Origin: Podospora anserina
Taxonomy: Eukaryota
DNA length: 64,000 nucleotides
NCBI GenBank assembly: GCA_017654855.1
Contig: CM030332.1
Location: 1,674,001-1,738,000 of the forward strand
Reading direction: 5' to 3'
Below the pieces are notes generated by a model that was not told the origin of the DNA, ran no database searches, and saw nothing but the letters and a program-made list of their open reading frames with translations. Of the stretch, positions 26,200-36,041 are shown in pieces (within the stretch, counting starts at the first letter, position 1; each line of letters begins with the position of its first letter). Position numbers and translations under genes: made by a program.

Positions 26200-27282
26200 T
26201 CACTCCTCCATCTTATCCCCCTCCTTCTTCTCCTCCTCCTCATCATCACTATCATCCAGCGACTTCTTCGCCAACCTCTCCGCCTCCTCCCTCAACGCCT
26301 TGGGAACCTCCTGATGCAACCCCTTAGTCGGGCCATCCCTCCCGCTGATCCAGCTCATCTCCAGCTCAAACTCCTTATCCTTGCTGTCATCGTGCGCAAC
26401 ATAGATAATCCTCGCCGCCTCCTTGACCGCCTCCTCCAAGGTGATCCCCTCGCCCGTCAGGTCCAGCTTCTCCAGCTCAGCCTTGGCCGCCTGTCTCCCC
26501 TTGCCGGTAGCGGCACCATAGTACCCCCAGTACAGACCCGAGGGCTCAATCATGTAGAGAAAAGGACCGCCGTACTTCTTGTCGGGGTTCTTGCCGCCGG
26601 CGCCGCACGAGGGGCCGGAGCCGACTTGGCCGTCGACGGGGAGCTCCTCCTGGGCGTCGAAGCCGCCTACGATGGCGGTGATGCCGAAGGGGCGGACGGA
26701 CTGGTAGAGGGTGTGGGCTTGGAGGTAGTTGCCCATGCGGGAGGCCAGGTCGGAGGTTGTGATGGGGGTCTTGAAGTTGTCGCGCCATGAGCGGGCTTCG
26801 TCGCGGGCTCGGTCTACAAAGTGCCGGCCGTCGGGGAGCATGCCGGAGTATACCTGGGAGGGGGAAGGTCGTGTTAGTGGGCGGGATGGACGAAGAGAGA
26901 GGAAACGAAATAGAGAGGAACATACAACACCCAAATGTCTATCCACGGTCGCGATGCGCTTGTTGGCACCTGGCTTGAGGAGCTTGGATGTGACAATCTT
27001 TTCCACCGCGAGCACGACGCCGTCCTTGCACCGGATGCCGATCGAGGTGCCGCCGTTCTCGACCGCCTTCACGGCGTACTCGACTTGGAAGTTGCGGCCA
27101 TCGGGGGAGAAGATGGAGTTGGAGAGATCGTAGCCTGTTCCTATCGACGTCTGTTGTTGCGGGAGGAGGTCGCGCTGTCAGCATGTCATTGTCGCTTTTT
27201 GGAGGGGTTCGCTTGGGTATGGGTTGTGGTGGGTAAGGTAGGTTTCGCTGCGGTTGCGAGATGGGGGGGGTCAACTAACCAT
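26200..27282 (-). CDS. PRE10: 20S proteasome subunit alpha 7 (exons 27282-27280 [ATG only], 27150-26926, 26853-26200)
   Basis: Spliced N-terminus MTSIGTGYDLSNSIFSPDGRNFQVEYA; SVRPFG; GKGRQAAKAELEKL; FELEMSW; acidic tail. Confidence 0.95.
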
Positions 27283-27430
27283 TGTGAATGCGAACTTGGG
27301 TTATTATTATTGTTGTAGCGGTCGAATTGGCGGGGCTTGAGGGAGTGGGAAAAGTCACTAGTTTCCACTGCCGAAGGTGGGAGTTCAAGGGTTGGTGATG
27401 GTCGAGTTGGAGTCTGGCTTGCGTCGTTGC

Positions 27431-27575
27431 GAGCTGCTGCTGGACAGAGAGCTTCCATCAGGCAGCCTGGAGCTGCGCGTTGCTTGGCTTTCCAGGGCCA
27501 GGGTGGGAGCTCGAGGCTGGCGTATGTGGCTCGTGCCTGCCGCCCCACGAGCTGTGTCAGCCACAAAAGAGCTCT
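27431..27575. promoter_or_regulatory. Cluster of GAGCT/GGAGCT motifs in the PRE10-HET divergent promoter
   Basis: GGAGCT at 27469 and 27506 plus four more GAGCT within ~145 bp. Confidence 0.4.
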
Positions 27576-27689
27576 GGGCAGCGCACGGACCATGAAATTG
27601 CCCCTGAACCCCTTTTCTTTGGGCATCAACCAACGCGAACACTCAGCTATCCATTTATTGCTGGTAATCAAGACTCAAAATAGACCATC

Positions 27690-30059
27690 ATGGCGCCTTT
27701 CAGTTTTGAGAATCCACATATCTGCTACCACTGCTCAGCCATACAACTTCATCTCGAACTGAAACCCCAGATTCTCTGCTGCTTCGGGTGTATGTATAAT
27801 GGTCCAGGCAGGACTACAGATAAAGGCGAATATGTCTGCTTCGAGTGTGCACGCCCATTCTCAGGCATTAGTGGTTTAGATCTTCGCTACTGCTCAACCT
27901 TGCCTTACGATCTCTCACAGGCCCTGACCGCTGCCGAGTCTGACCATTGCGAGTTCTATCGCTGGGTTATTCACAGAGTCACTCGCTTCTTCAAGATCCA
28001 GGAAACACCAAGCGGCTGGAAGTCCAAAAAAGCAGTTGGAATTCTAACGCAAAGGTCACGTTTTGAACTTTCCGGAATATCGAATGAGGTTGGGAGAGCC
28101 AATCTAGATATCAAGTTCTTCAGCCATTGGGTTGATGATGATGGCAACAAACACGAAACACGACATGACCTTGGAGACTTTGATGCTTGGGATACGGGCG
28201 ATGACCCGTCTTTCAGTCTCGTGTCGTCGCGGTCCTACGTGCAGGATGTCAAATCAGCCCAGTCGATCGACTTCGCTAGGTCATCTTTCGAAACATGCAT
28301 GAGAAGCCATCCCTGGTGCAGAACCGATCAGATCAACCATATGACCGTGTCCCGCTGGCCGGGTGGTGCCTTGTCCTACGAAAGGATAGACCCCAGGGAC
28401 ATACCCACCCGCCTCCTGGATATTGCCACCGGACCGTCCCCTGGGGCTGATGCAGAATACATCAAACTGATCGAGACCACAGTCGATGACAAAGACGGCC
28501 AGCTCATTGAGCAAATTGCCCAAACAGGCTTCATAGTTCTCTCCTACTGCTGGGGCGGTGATCAGAATTCCAAACTAGTCGCTTCCAACCTTCAAACCTA
28601 CAAGACCGAAGGCATCAAGCTGGGCCAGCTAGACCAGTCTCTCCAAGACGCGGTCTGGGTCGCCAGGCAGATAGGAATCCGCTACCTCTGGATCGATGCT
28701 TTGTGTATCCCCCAAGATGATCTCGATGGCCAGGGAAACAACCCCGACAAAGCCCATGAAATCAGCCGCATGGCCTCCTACTACGGTCGAGCAACCCTGA
28801 CAATCCTCGCCGCTTCCGCCTCTAGAGCCGTGGATGGTTTCCTACAAAAACGGCAACCAGCAACTGACTTCGACATGGCACCCACCCACGCTCAGTTAAT
28901 CGTATCTGATAACACCAAGACCAATGACGACACTCCCGATAAAGTCCACAACATCCTCCTCGCCAAACAGTCCCCCAACCCCACTATAGAACCAATAACA
29001 ACACGCGGCTGGACCCTCCAAGAATCCCTCCTATCCCGCCGCATCCTCATCTACGGTGTCAACCAACTGTACTGGTCGTGCCTCAATTCCTTCGCCGGCT
29101 GCGGTGGCAAAATCACCAACTTAACCAACCGAACCATCCCCGGTATGGAGTCCCTCGTTCCAGGAGTATACCCCATAGGCAGTCTGATCGACCAGCCTGT
29201 TTACCTGCAGTGGAACTCCATCGTCAAGACTTATACCCAACGCTTTCTATCACAACCAGGTGACAAACTATGGGCTATCTCCGCGCTTGCTAGCCACATC
29301 GTCCAAGTTAGTGCTCACAGGGGAGAAAAGCCCATTTATGCGGCTGGGCTATTGGTCGATGAAGCAAATCCGGGGACGTGGTTGCAGCAGTTGTTGTGGT
29401 ATCCTGACTCGATTGAGGGAAGAGATAACAAGAGACCACCTGGCGGTAGATACAGAGCACCGAGTTGGTCGTGGGCAAGTCTTGATGGCGTGGTGAAGGT
29501 GCCTAGCTGGCGGCATGAAGTGGAGGAGTATGCCGCTGTGGAAGAATGGGGGGTTGAACCAGCTGTGAAAGGGGCGATGTATGGAGGACTGAGTGGGGGG
29601 TATATCTTTTTGAGGGCAGTGACGCAACCGATTTGTCGCATTGCGGGGAGGTGTGGTGACGTTGTGTGGGCTGAGAGGTTACAGACTGAAGGTACTGGAG
29701 ATGATGACTTTGACTGGACATACTCTCGAAAGGGGGGTAATCTCGAAGGAGCTGCAGACAGTTGGGTCTTGGTGATGTTGGCGGATTCTGGCGAGTACAG
29801 AAGCGTGATTGAGATAGGGCTTCAGGATCCTGGGGTTGGAGCGAGAATATTGCTTGTTGGCTTGTCATCTTTGTCAACGGGACAACTTGTGGGGGTCAGA
29901 GGAATAATAGTCGAGCAGACTGTAGATGATGATGAGTTGAGGTTCTGTAAGCGACGTGGGAGTTTCCGACTGAAAATGGGGAAGCATGCAAATGGGGGCC
30001 AAGATTTGGCAGCCAAGTTCTTCAAGAAGGGAACAAAGCAAACTCTGAGGATTCTGTAA
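27690..30059 (+). CDS. HET-domain (heterokaryon incompatibility, PF06985-type) protein
   Basis: Intronless 789 aa; PTRLLDI, LSYCWGG, YLWIDALCIPQD, EISRMASYYGRA, RGWTLQESLLSRR, YRAPSWSWAS. Confidence 0.92.
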   Translation: MAPFSFENPHICYHCSAIQLHLELKPQILCCFGCMYNGPGRTTDKGEYVCFECARPFSGISGLDLRYCSTLPYDLSQALTAAESDHCEFYRWVIHRVTRFFKIQETPSGWKSKKAVGILTQRSRFELSGISNEVGRANLDIKFFSHWVDDDGNKHETRHDLGDFDAWDTGDDPSFSLVSSRSYVQDVKSAQSIDFARSSFETCMRSHPWCRTDQINHMTVSRWPGGALSYERIDPRDIPTRLLDIATGPSPGADAEYIKLIETTVDDKDGQLIEQIAQTGFIVLSYCWGGDQNSKLVASNLQTYKTEGIKLGQLDQSLQDAVWVARQIGIRYLWIDALCIPQDDLDGQGNNPDKAHEISRMASYYGRATLTILAASASRAVDGFLQKRQPATDFDMAPTHAQLIVSDNTKTNDDTPDKVHNILLAKQSPNPTIEPITTRGWTLQESLLSRRILIYGVNQLYWSCLNSFAGCGGKITNLTNRTIPGMESLVPGVYPIGSLIDQPVYLQWNSIVKTYTQRFLSQPGDKLWAISALASHIVQVSAHRGEKPIYAAGLLVDEANPGTWLQQLLWYPDSIEGRDNKRPPGGRYRAPSWSWASLDGVVKVPSWRHEVEEYAAVEEWGVEPAVKGAMYGGLSGGYIFLRAVTQPICRIAGRCGDVVWAERLQTEGTGDDDFDWTYSRKGGNLEGAADSWVLVMLADSGEYRSVIEIGLQDPGVGARILLVGLSSLSTGQLVGVRGIIVEQTVDDDELRFCKRRGSFRLKMGKHANGGQDLAAKFFKKGTKQTLRIL

Positions 30060-30610
30060 CAAGGCCATGATGATGGTGTGTATCGCACGGCGCAAGGCAA
30101 ACAATTTACCTAAGGAATGGAACCGAGCCAACATAAAGATGCCTGAGGTATGCCAAGGGCCGGGCCCCCAGTGGAAAGCCCACGAGCCGTGGAACCCAGC
30201 CCATGATGGCTAGATACCTTACAACGGCGTCAATGAAGGAATATCACGAGGTGTACCACGCCAACCTTGAAAGACGCGATGGCTGTATCACTATTGTGTG
30301 ATGTCATGGACTCTACCTACCAACGGAAGGGAACGAAGCTAACACAGACAACACAGATATTTCTAAAGAGATGGGCCTTCTAAGAGACTCAGAGTCTGAA
30401 ACCCAACTCAGATGTTCCTTAAATTGTGACGGGATCATTCGCAAAAGAAAGACGAGGTAGTCAAAGCAGAAGATCTATATAAATCTCCTTCCCTGAATGA
30501 GGTTTCTAGACTTTCCTTCTTGGACAGTAACATCCAAACCTGCCATTGCTTTCTCCAGCAACCATTTAAAAAACCAAAAGGCGCCAAATTCTGTTACAAG
30601 AACCGCAATC

Positions 30611-30973
30611 ATGCCGACCGGCGAGGGTTTTGATAAGCTCAAGTGCCAGCGCTTTTACATTCTGAGCTGTCCCAAGCCTTGTAAAGGCTGGGTGTTCATG
30701 AATTACCGCTTTTGTGGAAATTGCTTGAGCAGGCTTAGTGAGAAATACCTCGACAGATTGGCGGGGCTGATGCCTAACTCACCCGAATGGAAAGACGCCC
30801 TCTATAAACTGGTGCATGAGGAGAGGGTCCCTTTGTTCAGGGAGGACTTTTCCGCGTGGGACGCCATCGAGGATAAGAATAATGAAAACACGGAGAACGG
30901 ATTGCGAAGGGTAGGGGACAAAGAGAGACACCAGGAGGTCAAACGTCGGCTGATGTCCAAGTATTTACCATAG
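30611..30973 (+). CDS. Small Cys-rich hypothetical protein, paralog A (C-x7-C-x3-C-x10-CxxC), 120 aa
   Basis: ATG in CAATCATG context, TATATAAA at ~30477; gap-free similarity to the ORF at 31.5-31.8 kb. Confidence 0.65.
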   Translation: MPTGEGFDKLKCQRFYILSCPKPCKGWVFMNYRFCGNCLSRLSEKYLDRLAGLMPNSPEWKDALYKLVHEERVPLFREDFSAWDAIEDKNNENTENGLRRVGDKERHQEVKRRLMSKYLP

Positions 30974-31537
30974 CGGAGGAAGCAAGTTGACCGAGTTTAG
31001 TTTCAGGACTGAATATGGCCGCTGGACAGCCTTGATCATAGCAATATTATCTTGGTATTGACATCATAGCGGAGCAAACATTATGTGTAAGCAACGTGGG
31101 ATTTTCTGTCAGGTTTCCAGGTTAGATAGAAGCTTCCACTCCGGAGTGCGTCAATGAGTCAACTCAGGTGCCTCAAGTATAGTCATCCCTATTATGAACA
31201 ATCCATGATGTTTACAAGACTTGACGATCTAACTCTCAAGATATCGGGTGTTTCATAAGCCCTTGCAATGCTATTAACCTTTCACCCACTTTCACTTAGT
31301 TGCTGCTTCATCCCCTGATCCAGATAGATATTTATTCCACAAAAGCCGAAAATATTTTGTGAGCAAGCACAGAAGCACTCATTGTCTCTCTTTGGGTCTC
31401 TCCGCACTCCTTTTTCCCCCTTTACTCTCTCGGCACCTCTCAGAAACACAACAGACAAAAGCCTCAACGTAAAGAGCAGACCTCGCCTATCTTGACAACT
31501 TCAAAAGCCAACAGCAACACGCCACCGCGCTTGCGCG

Positions 31538-31806
31538 ATGTGGTGCACAAGCCATTCACCTGCCAGCGTTTTTGGATCCTGGGCTGCCTCAGACTCTGCA
31601 TGCAAGGAGTTTTGATCGAGAACACCTTCTGTAGCAAATGTCTGTACAAGGTCCGACCAGAATATCGCAAAGAACTCGCAGGCGTTGATCCCAAGAGCAA
31701 TGAATTCCAACAAATATGCCACAGGCTGAGCGTCATGGAGGGAATACCAATCTTCAAACCTGGCTACGGCGGTATAAATGATGCAGATGAGGATACCTTT
31801 CCGTAA
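31538..31806 (+). pseudogene. Small Cys-rich protein paralog B; no in-frame ATG (possible 2-nt insertion after ATG 31538)
   Basis: 24/65 identities with paralog A without gaps; reading frame is open from the TGA at ~31360 but has no ATG before the Cys motif. Confidence 0.55.
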
Positions 31807-31963
31807 TCCAGGTCCTAGTTCAATTCTCCTTCATGTTAGCCACGCAAGAAGAAGGATGAGAGGGTTTTGAAACTGGTCCGGCTATCAGATAGCTATTCTC
31901 GTAGCAATATCAGCCTGAGTTAAAAACATAGAAACACTCCATACCTCCTATCTGTTCTCTACA

Positions 31964-34900
31964 TCATCCCTCATATCTCACCCTCATGGTGCTCGGAATA
32001 GGTGAGAACGCCCTCTGATCAGCCGTCATGTAGGTCCTCAGTCCATTCCCTCCATTCTGACTCTCACCAATCTCGCCTCGAATCTGCCCATCCCAAGACG
32101 GACCAGCTTGGGAACCTTTCAGCTGCCCTCTTGTCCCATCCGCCCTCTGTAGACCCTCCAGTCCAACCACCGCCTTGAACATAGCCGCCAAAATCACGCG
32201 ACTGACGCCAGATCCTAGCAACCCACCCCCGATATTATGCAGCAAGTACGACTCCAAATCTCTATCAAGCCTCACTTTTTCCGGATCTGGAAACACACCG
32301 CCATCTCTTCCCACAGCCGTCAAATCCACAACCACCCTCTCCCCAGCCTTCAAGTTCGCAGTTGCCCCGCCGGGTGCGACAACAACATCACCCTTCAACC
32401 TCCTCAACACAGCCCCCGAACCCCCCAACCTCCAACCCTCAAGCAAATACATCACCACCTCCTCCTCATCCCCAGCCTTCACAGCCCTCCCCACATCCCC
32501 CAAATACCCCCTCCCCTCCCCCAAATAGAAGTCCAAAATCTCCCCCAAAACCCTCACCAGCTCCACCACCCCAAGCGCAACCCCAACCACCACCCCCTCC
32601 CCCCCATAAACAACCTTTTCCAAATCCCCTCCCTCCCGTCTCAAAACCCCCTCCAAAACCCCCTTCCCAAGTTTCCCAATCTCCACCTCATCCTCAGTAG
32701 CCCCAACATGCCGGTGAACCAACCCCTCCACCCTCCCCAACAACCCCCCCACCACCCCCTTTTCATCCTTCAACTCCTTGACTACCAACCCCCCAAGCTT
32801 ACCCGCCATCCCTTTCGCCGTCTGCCTGACTCTAAACTCACTGGCACGACCATCCACATCAGGGGACACACTACCCGCGATGGCGGCAAGCACAGTGAAG
32901 AGCTCGTACTCACTGTAGACGCCATGAGGGTTTTGCAAAGTCTTAAGCGGGAGGTTGAAGATTGTCGCGTAGAGCTGCGTCGCGACGGGGGAGAGGACAT
33001 CGCGGATTATGTCGACTTCGCTGCGGGTGTCAGCAAGGGAAGAAGAGACGATAGGGATGCTGCTCTTTTGGAGGTGGTAGGTTATTTTTTCTTGGCAGAA
33101 CCGATTCAGAGAAGCAGATTGGGATTCTGTGAGGGCTATAGGGGTAGTAGTGGGAGGTGGGGATGGTGTTGTTTGGGGGCTGTTCCAGGGGGGGTTGGAG
33201 GAGACGGGAATGCTGTTGGCAAGGATCGTTTTGGCTACTTGGTAAAATCTGATCACGACCGGGGAGGCGTGGCGTTGGGGTTCATCCCAGGTGTAGTTGG
33301 GGGAGGTCCCGAGGTTGTCGTGGATCTGCTTGTTCTTGGCGGGGATGACAAAGGGGTAGTGGGCGTAGATGGAGTTGTGCTGGAAGTGGTTGGGGAAGGC
33401 GCGGAAGATGAGCTTGTGCATGACGTGGCCTTGGCTGATTTTGTTGTCGGAGTTGGGTTCGTTGTAGCTGGATCGGTGTTAGTTTTCATGAACATGGCTT
33501 TAAGATTGTGGTGGTGCTTACCCCCAGTTTGTAAGATTCTTAGGCGTGTAGTCCAGAGTGTAGAACCTGTCTCCACGAATGAGACTGACAGCATCAGACA
33601 AAATTGCTTTACTCGTGGTATAGTTTGTGCAAAGCCCACTTCCAGGAGAGATAGGAGGCTTGGCTTTCTCGATAACCAGCCCGGGATACATCTCGACAGA
33701 GTCAGGCGAGTCATACAAGTCCCGCAGTTTCTTGGCCACCACAGGGTCGGGGTTGATATCCTCAAAAGTGGTGTGCTTGGTGAGACCCATGAAAGCCCGG
33801 AACTCATTGAGGGTAGCCACATTCCAGTAACGCGCTTGCTTGATGCCCAAGATCTCTACCGTCTTGAACACGTTAGGTACCCGGTTGGCACCGAAAGAGC
33901 CGGCAATGTCCTCAATGGACTCGGTGAGTATCTTCACTAAGCCATCAACCTCGAATGTGCCGTCAGCCTGGCGAACAAGCCCGCCGAGTGTATTCCGGTT
34001 CTCAGGTTCACTAGGAATATCGCGATCAAACTTTGCCAGAGCCCTCAGTACCTCTGGCAACGCCGCCTCATCAGGGTCCTTGCCGTCCAGAAGTCGAGTT
34101 AACTCATCGATGGTCCACTTCTCATCCCGTTGAGAAACAGTGCTGTGCCACCGATAAAGAAGATTAAACTCAACCGAAACTTGGTTTCCGACACCACGAG
34201 GGGATGGCTGACTGAACATGTTTTTGCCAGACTTGGTGCGAGGGTCGAGACTCCACGTCGTGTCGACATGATTGAGAGCAAGAATCGACCTCGTATAGTC
34301 GTGAAGAATGATGTTGGCATAAAGACCGCAAGTGATGAGACGGCCTGTCTGAAACAGGTCATTGTCGTACTTCTCCCAGGCGGCACTTCCTGCTTCCGTG
34401 CCTGGCTTGTTGAAACGGCCATTCTCGTTGATCTTGGCAAGCTGTGTCACCACATAGTTGTGGTACCTGTTGAACATGACCAGGAAGACGCCGCATCCAG
34501 GAGGAAACCCAAGAATTCTCTTGGAACTGAAGCAATCCGGCTTGAGAAGACCGTTTTGGAAGGTCCTCATGGCCTTTTGCTTCACTTCATTTCGACCGTA
34601 TGAGGGTGATAAGTCGAGATAAGAAGAAGTCTGGTTGATGTTGTAGTCTGAGAAGGACGTCTGAAAACAGTCATGGATGATGAGAGTTGCGAGGTAAAAC
34701 ATTACGCTAGAGATACCTTGGGGATGTGGTTGGAAAGTGTCACCACGTGCCATCAGCATATCGAAGATTGTCGACGGGTCGGGCTGGCTGGGATTTTGAA
34801 ATGTCAAGGGAGGTACAGTTCTGGCATAAGGTCTGTTGGCAGCCCCAAGTTCGGGGTGATTGATATTGTTCCCAGAGCCATCGGCAGACCGATAGCGGAA

Positions 34901-35265
34901 TTCTTGGCCTAGTGATGTGGCGGGTGGATGGTCGAGGCTATTCCACAGCTGGGTGAGGAGGCCATCCGTGATTTGCTTGCGCTCCTTGGAGATAGTGGGC
35001 AGCTTTGACAGAAGCTGGATCAGCCGTTCCAGCAAAAGTTCATTTTCGTCGACAGCTCCTTGGACAGCGGCGTTCAGAAAGGCGAGCAGGGTTTCATAAT
35101 CCTTGAACCCCAGCGACTTGATGGCACCTATGATATCGGGTGTAGCTTCAGGTTCAAGTTTCCAGGGGCATGAGGATATTCTGCCACTGGATTGAGGGCT
35201 TTCTTGACAGCCCGCTGAAGGCCTGAGAGCCTATCTCCGAGTTGTGTGTGCTGATTCGCACTCAT
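31964..35265 (-). CDS. Fatty-acid dioxygenase-P450 fusion (Ppo/linoleate diol synthase family); intron 33468-33521; apparent 5' frameshift and no P450 heme Cys, possibly a pseudogene
   Basis: YRSADGSGNN, IIHDCFQT, SSYLDLSP, GNQVSVEFNLLYRWH, VEMYPG, ILSDAVSLIRGDRFYT; C-terminal LEGWRL (ExxR) and FPDPEKVRLDR; TATA at ~35367. Confidence 0.88.
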
Positions 35266-35803
35266 ATTGATCGATGAGCTTGCGGGCAGTTCCTAGAAAA
35301 CGAGATAGGAGAAATGTGTAAATCATTGCTGGAATGACTGATCAAGTACGACATCAAATCCCGGCTTTATATAAGAAAGGGATCCGGGACAACCACCATG
35401 ATCACAAATCAGGCTGCTGTATCACCATGCTATCCATGCATCAAACATAAGATGCTGGCGAGATCTAGACCGATCATGTCCTTGGCTGAAAGGTTCAGCT
35501 GTAAGATTCAGCTGTGAGGGTGTGTTTGATATAAATGCGAACAGGGTCTGTGATTGGTGCTTTCGGGTTGAGGTCAGCACTTGCCTGATATTTTTATGCT
35601 TGGTCAGCTTTGGTGGCTGCTTAGGAGTTGTGATGCATGTGGAGTGGTGTAAGAAACATAAGAAAGTCATGTTGCCGCATTTAGCTCGCTGCAAGTTGAT
35701 TATGCTAATGCACGAGTACAGGGCAGCTGACCAGGGTGATTTGGCAATGCCATTTTCAGAGAACAGTCAAGGTGTATTGGCTGCGGTGCTGGATGACACG
35801 CCT

Positions 35804-35826
35804 GGTAGGTAGGTAGGTAGGTAGGC
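35804..35826 (+). repeat. (GGTA)n microsatellite
   Basis: ggtaggtaggtaggtaggtagg. Confidence 0.8.
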
Positions 35827-36041
35827 AAGAGCCGGGTAAGTGGTTGCTGCTGGGTAGTCCCCACGGGATCGCCACGACCAATCCTCTTATCTAATTTGCG
35901 TCTGCATATGTGAATTCCCATGATCATTCCAGCAGTTGGACACTGCTTCTGTTTACATCTTCAAAAGCCAATGAACAGGTAGCGTTAGCCCTCTGAAGTC
36001 GTGCAGTTTCGACCAATCCGACACAAGCTCACTCCATCTCA

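Noticed and set aside
33518..33521. Stop after NWG suggesting a split dioxygenase/P450 gene
   Set aside because: It lies in a canonical intron (GTAAGC...CTAAC...CAG, 33468-33521) that fuses the domains in frame
32237..33940. 567-aa plus-strand ORF opposite the DOX-CYP gene
   Set aside because: Antisense shadow of G-rich coding sequence; low-complexity Pro/His/Gln translation
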